Of a stretch of DNA of 64,000 nucleotides, positions 62,951 to 64,000 are shown one piece after another (the stretch's first letter is position 1; each line of letters starts with the position of its first letter). Source of the DNA: Octopus sinensis (Eukaryota). Both the position numbers and the translations under genes were made by a program. The DNA lies in contig NC_043003.1 of assembly GCF_006345805.1 (NCBI RefSeq), forward strand, positions 109,678,001 through 109,742,000. Direction: 5' to 3'. The notes beneath the pieces were generated by a model. That model had not been told where the DNA came from, made no database searches, and was given only the letters and a program-made list of their open reading frames with translations.

Positions 62951-63239
62951 TTTTCATCCTTTCGGATTCGATAAAACACAGTAATAAGTCAGGAATAGTG
63001 GTCAATAATATCGATTAATCCCTCCCTTCAGAGGTCCCGGTTTCATTTCTCAATAAGGAAAGAAAAAGTGCGCAACGATGTCAAAAGATACACTTAACCT
63101 CTACTTACATAAAAGAATTTATGGTGTTATAGATGGGAAATATATTATCCTCCATTCTTTACTTGTTTCGGTTTTCAGAGTGTGGCCATGCTGGGACACC
63201 ACCTTGAAGATTGTCGACTTTGACTTTCATCCTTTCCAT

Positions 63240-64000
63240 CTTCTTGCATAACTTTACTTGGTACATGCTCACACCAATTCTCTGTTACTTCATATTGGTA
63301 TTTACGGCATAAGCGCCAACGAATATACACACATACTTTAACGTGGCGGCGCGTGTATTCTTTTTGTGCAAGGCTCTCACATCCACTTACCAAGTAGGTC
63401 ACATTCTCCACACTCTTACCATAGAGTCTGTATTTCTGGATGTCAGAAGTTTTATAGATGTTATACTTCACTGAACTAGTAGCGAGAGCCTGGTCTTGTG
63501 CAGCAATGATCAGGCTTTCGGTAGTACACTTCAAATCATCTCACGCAAGCCATACCCACGATGCTTTATTATCCTGAACGTCCGGTGTATTCCTTTCAAA
63601 CTGTCCATGCATTCTCATTCCAAGGTGTTCTTTTCTGCTCTCAGCTCTTTGGTTATACTCTTCCTTGCCCATCATTTCTTCATCACTATTTATCAAATAC
63701 TCGGTGAGCGTTCTCCTTTCACCCCTTATACAATGGTCTATACTAATTAGTCCTCTGCCACCATTGTTTCTTTTCGTATACATTCTTTTTACGTATGCTT
63801 TAAGGTGTAGTGACCCATGCAGCTTCATAAACTTTCTCGTCCTTCTATCCAGTGCTGATATTTCCACCTTAGACCATTTGAGGATGGACGCACTATATCT
63901 GACCACCGCAACTGCCCAGATATATATTGCAGTAATCAAATTTTTGGCATTCAGGTTGCATTTCAACACCATCTTCACCCTTTCTGATACGCCTCAGTGA
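63240..64000 (-). mobile_element. Degenerate non-LTR retrotransposon fragment (post-RT/thumb region and decayed CCHC knuckle; R2/R4/Dong-like clade), running off the window end
   Basis: ORFs 63541..63978 (AVAVVRYSASILKWS...LDRRTRK...RMYTKRNNGGRGL) and 63175..63534 (TESLIIAAQDQAL...KYRLYGKSVENVTYLVSGC..LAQKEY.RRH); frameshifted. Confidence 0.85.

Overview
AT-rich, microsatellite- and SINE-dense eukaryotic DNA; the repeat families look like Octopus/cephalopod repeats (recognised from memory, not searched). The window holds one clear protein-coding gene, a + strand invertebrate troponin T (TnT), which the ORF track almost misses (only one exon appears, ORF 51811..52029). By hand I reconstruct 18 coding exons from ATG 20337 to TAA 56510, all GT-AG and in frame: 1182 nt, 393 aa with every exon included. 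The most notable feature is its N-terminal region, built from eight 15-30 nt microexons spread over ~20 kb. All are 3n long and phase 2-2, and no skipping combination creates a stop. Three of them (ETVEEPAAP / ETVEEHTP / ETVEEPPAP) come from kb-scale tandem duplications of exon plus flanking intron. The non-coding first exon/promoter is not securely located. The rest is tRNA-headed SINEs, mariner remnants and a MITE, a non-autonomous Helitron, an R4/Dong-like LINE fragment, a 1-kb element with identical 255-bp direct repeats, and several (TA)n-embedded elements with hammerhead-ribozyme-like cores. No RNA-seq or database evidence was available, so exon usage and all family names need checking.
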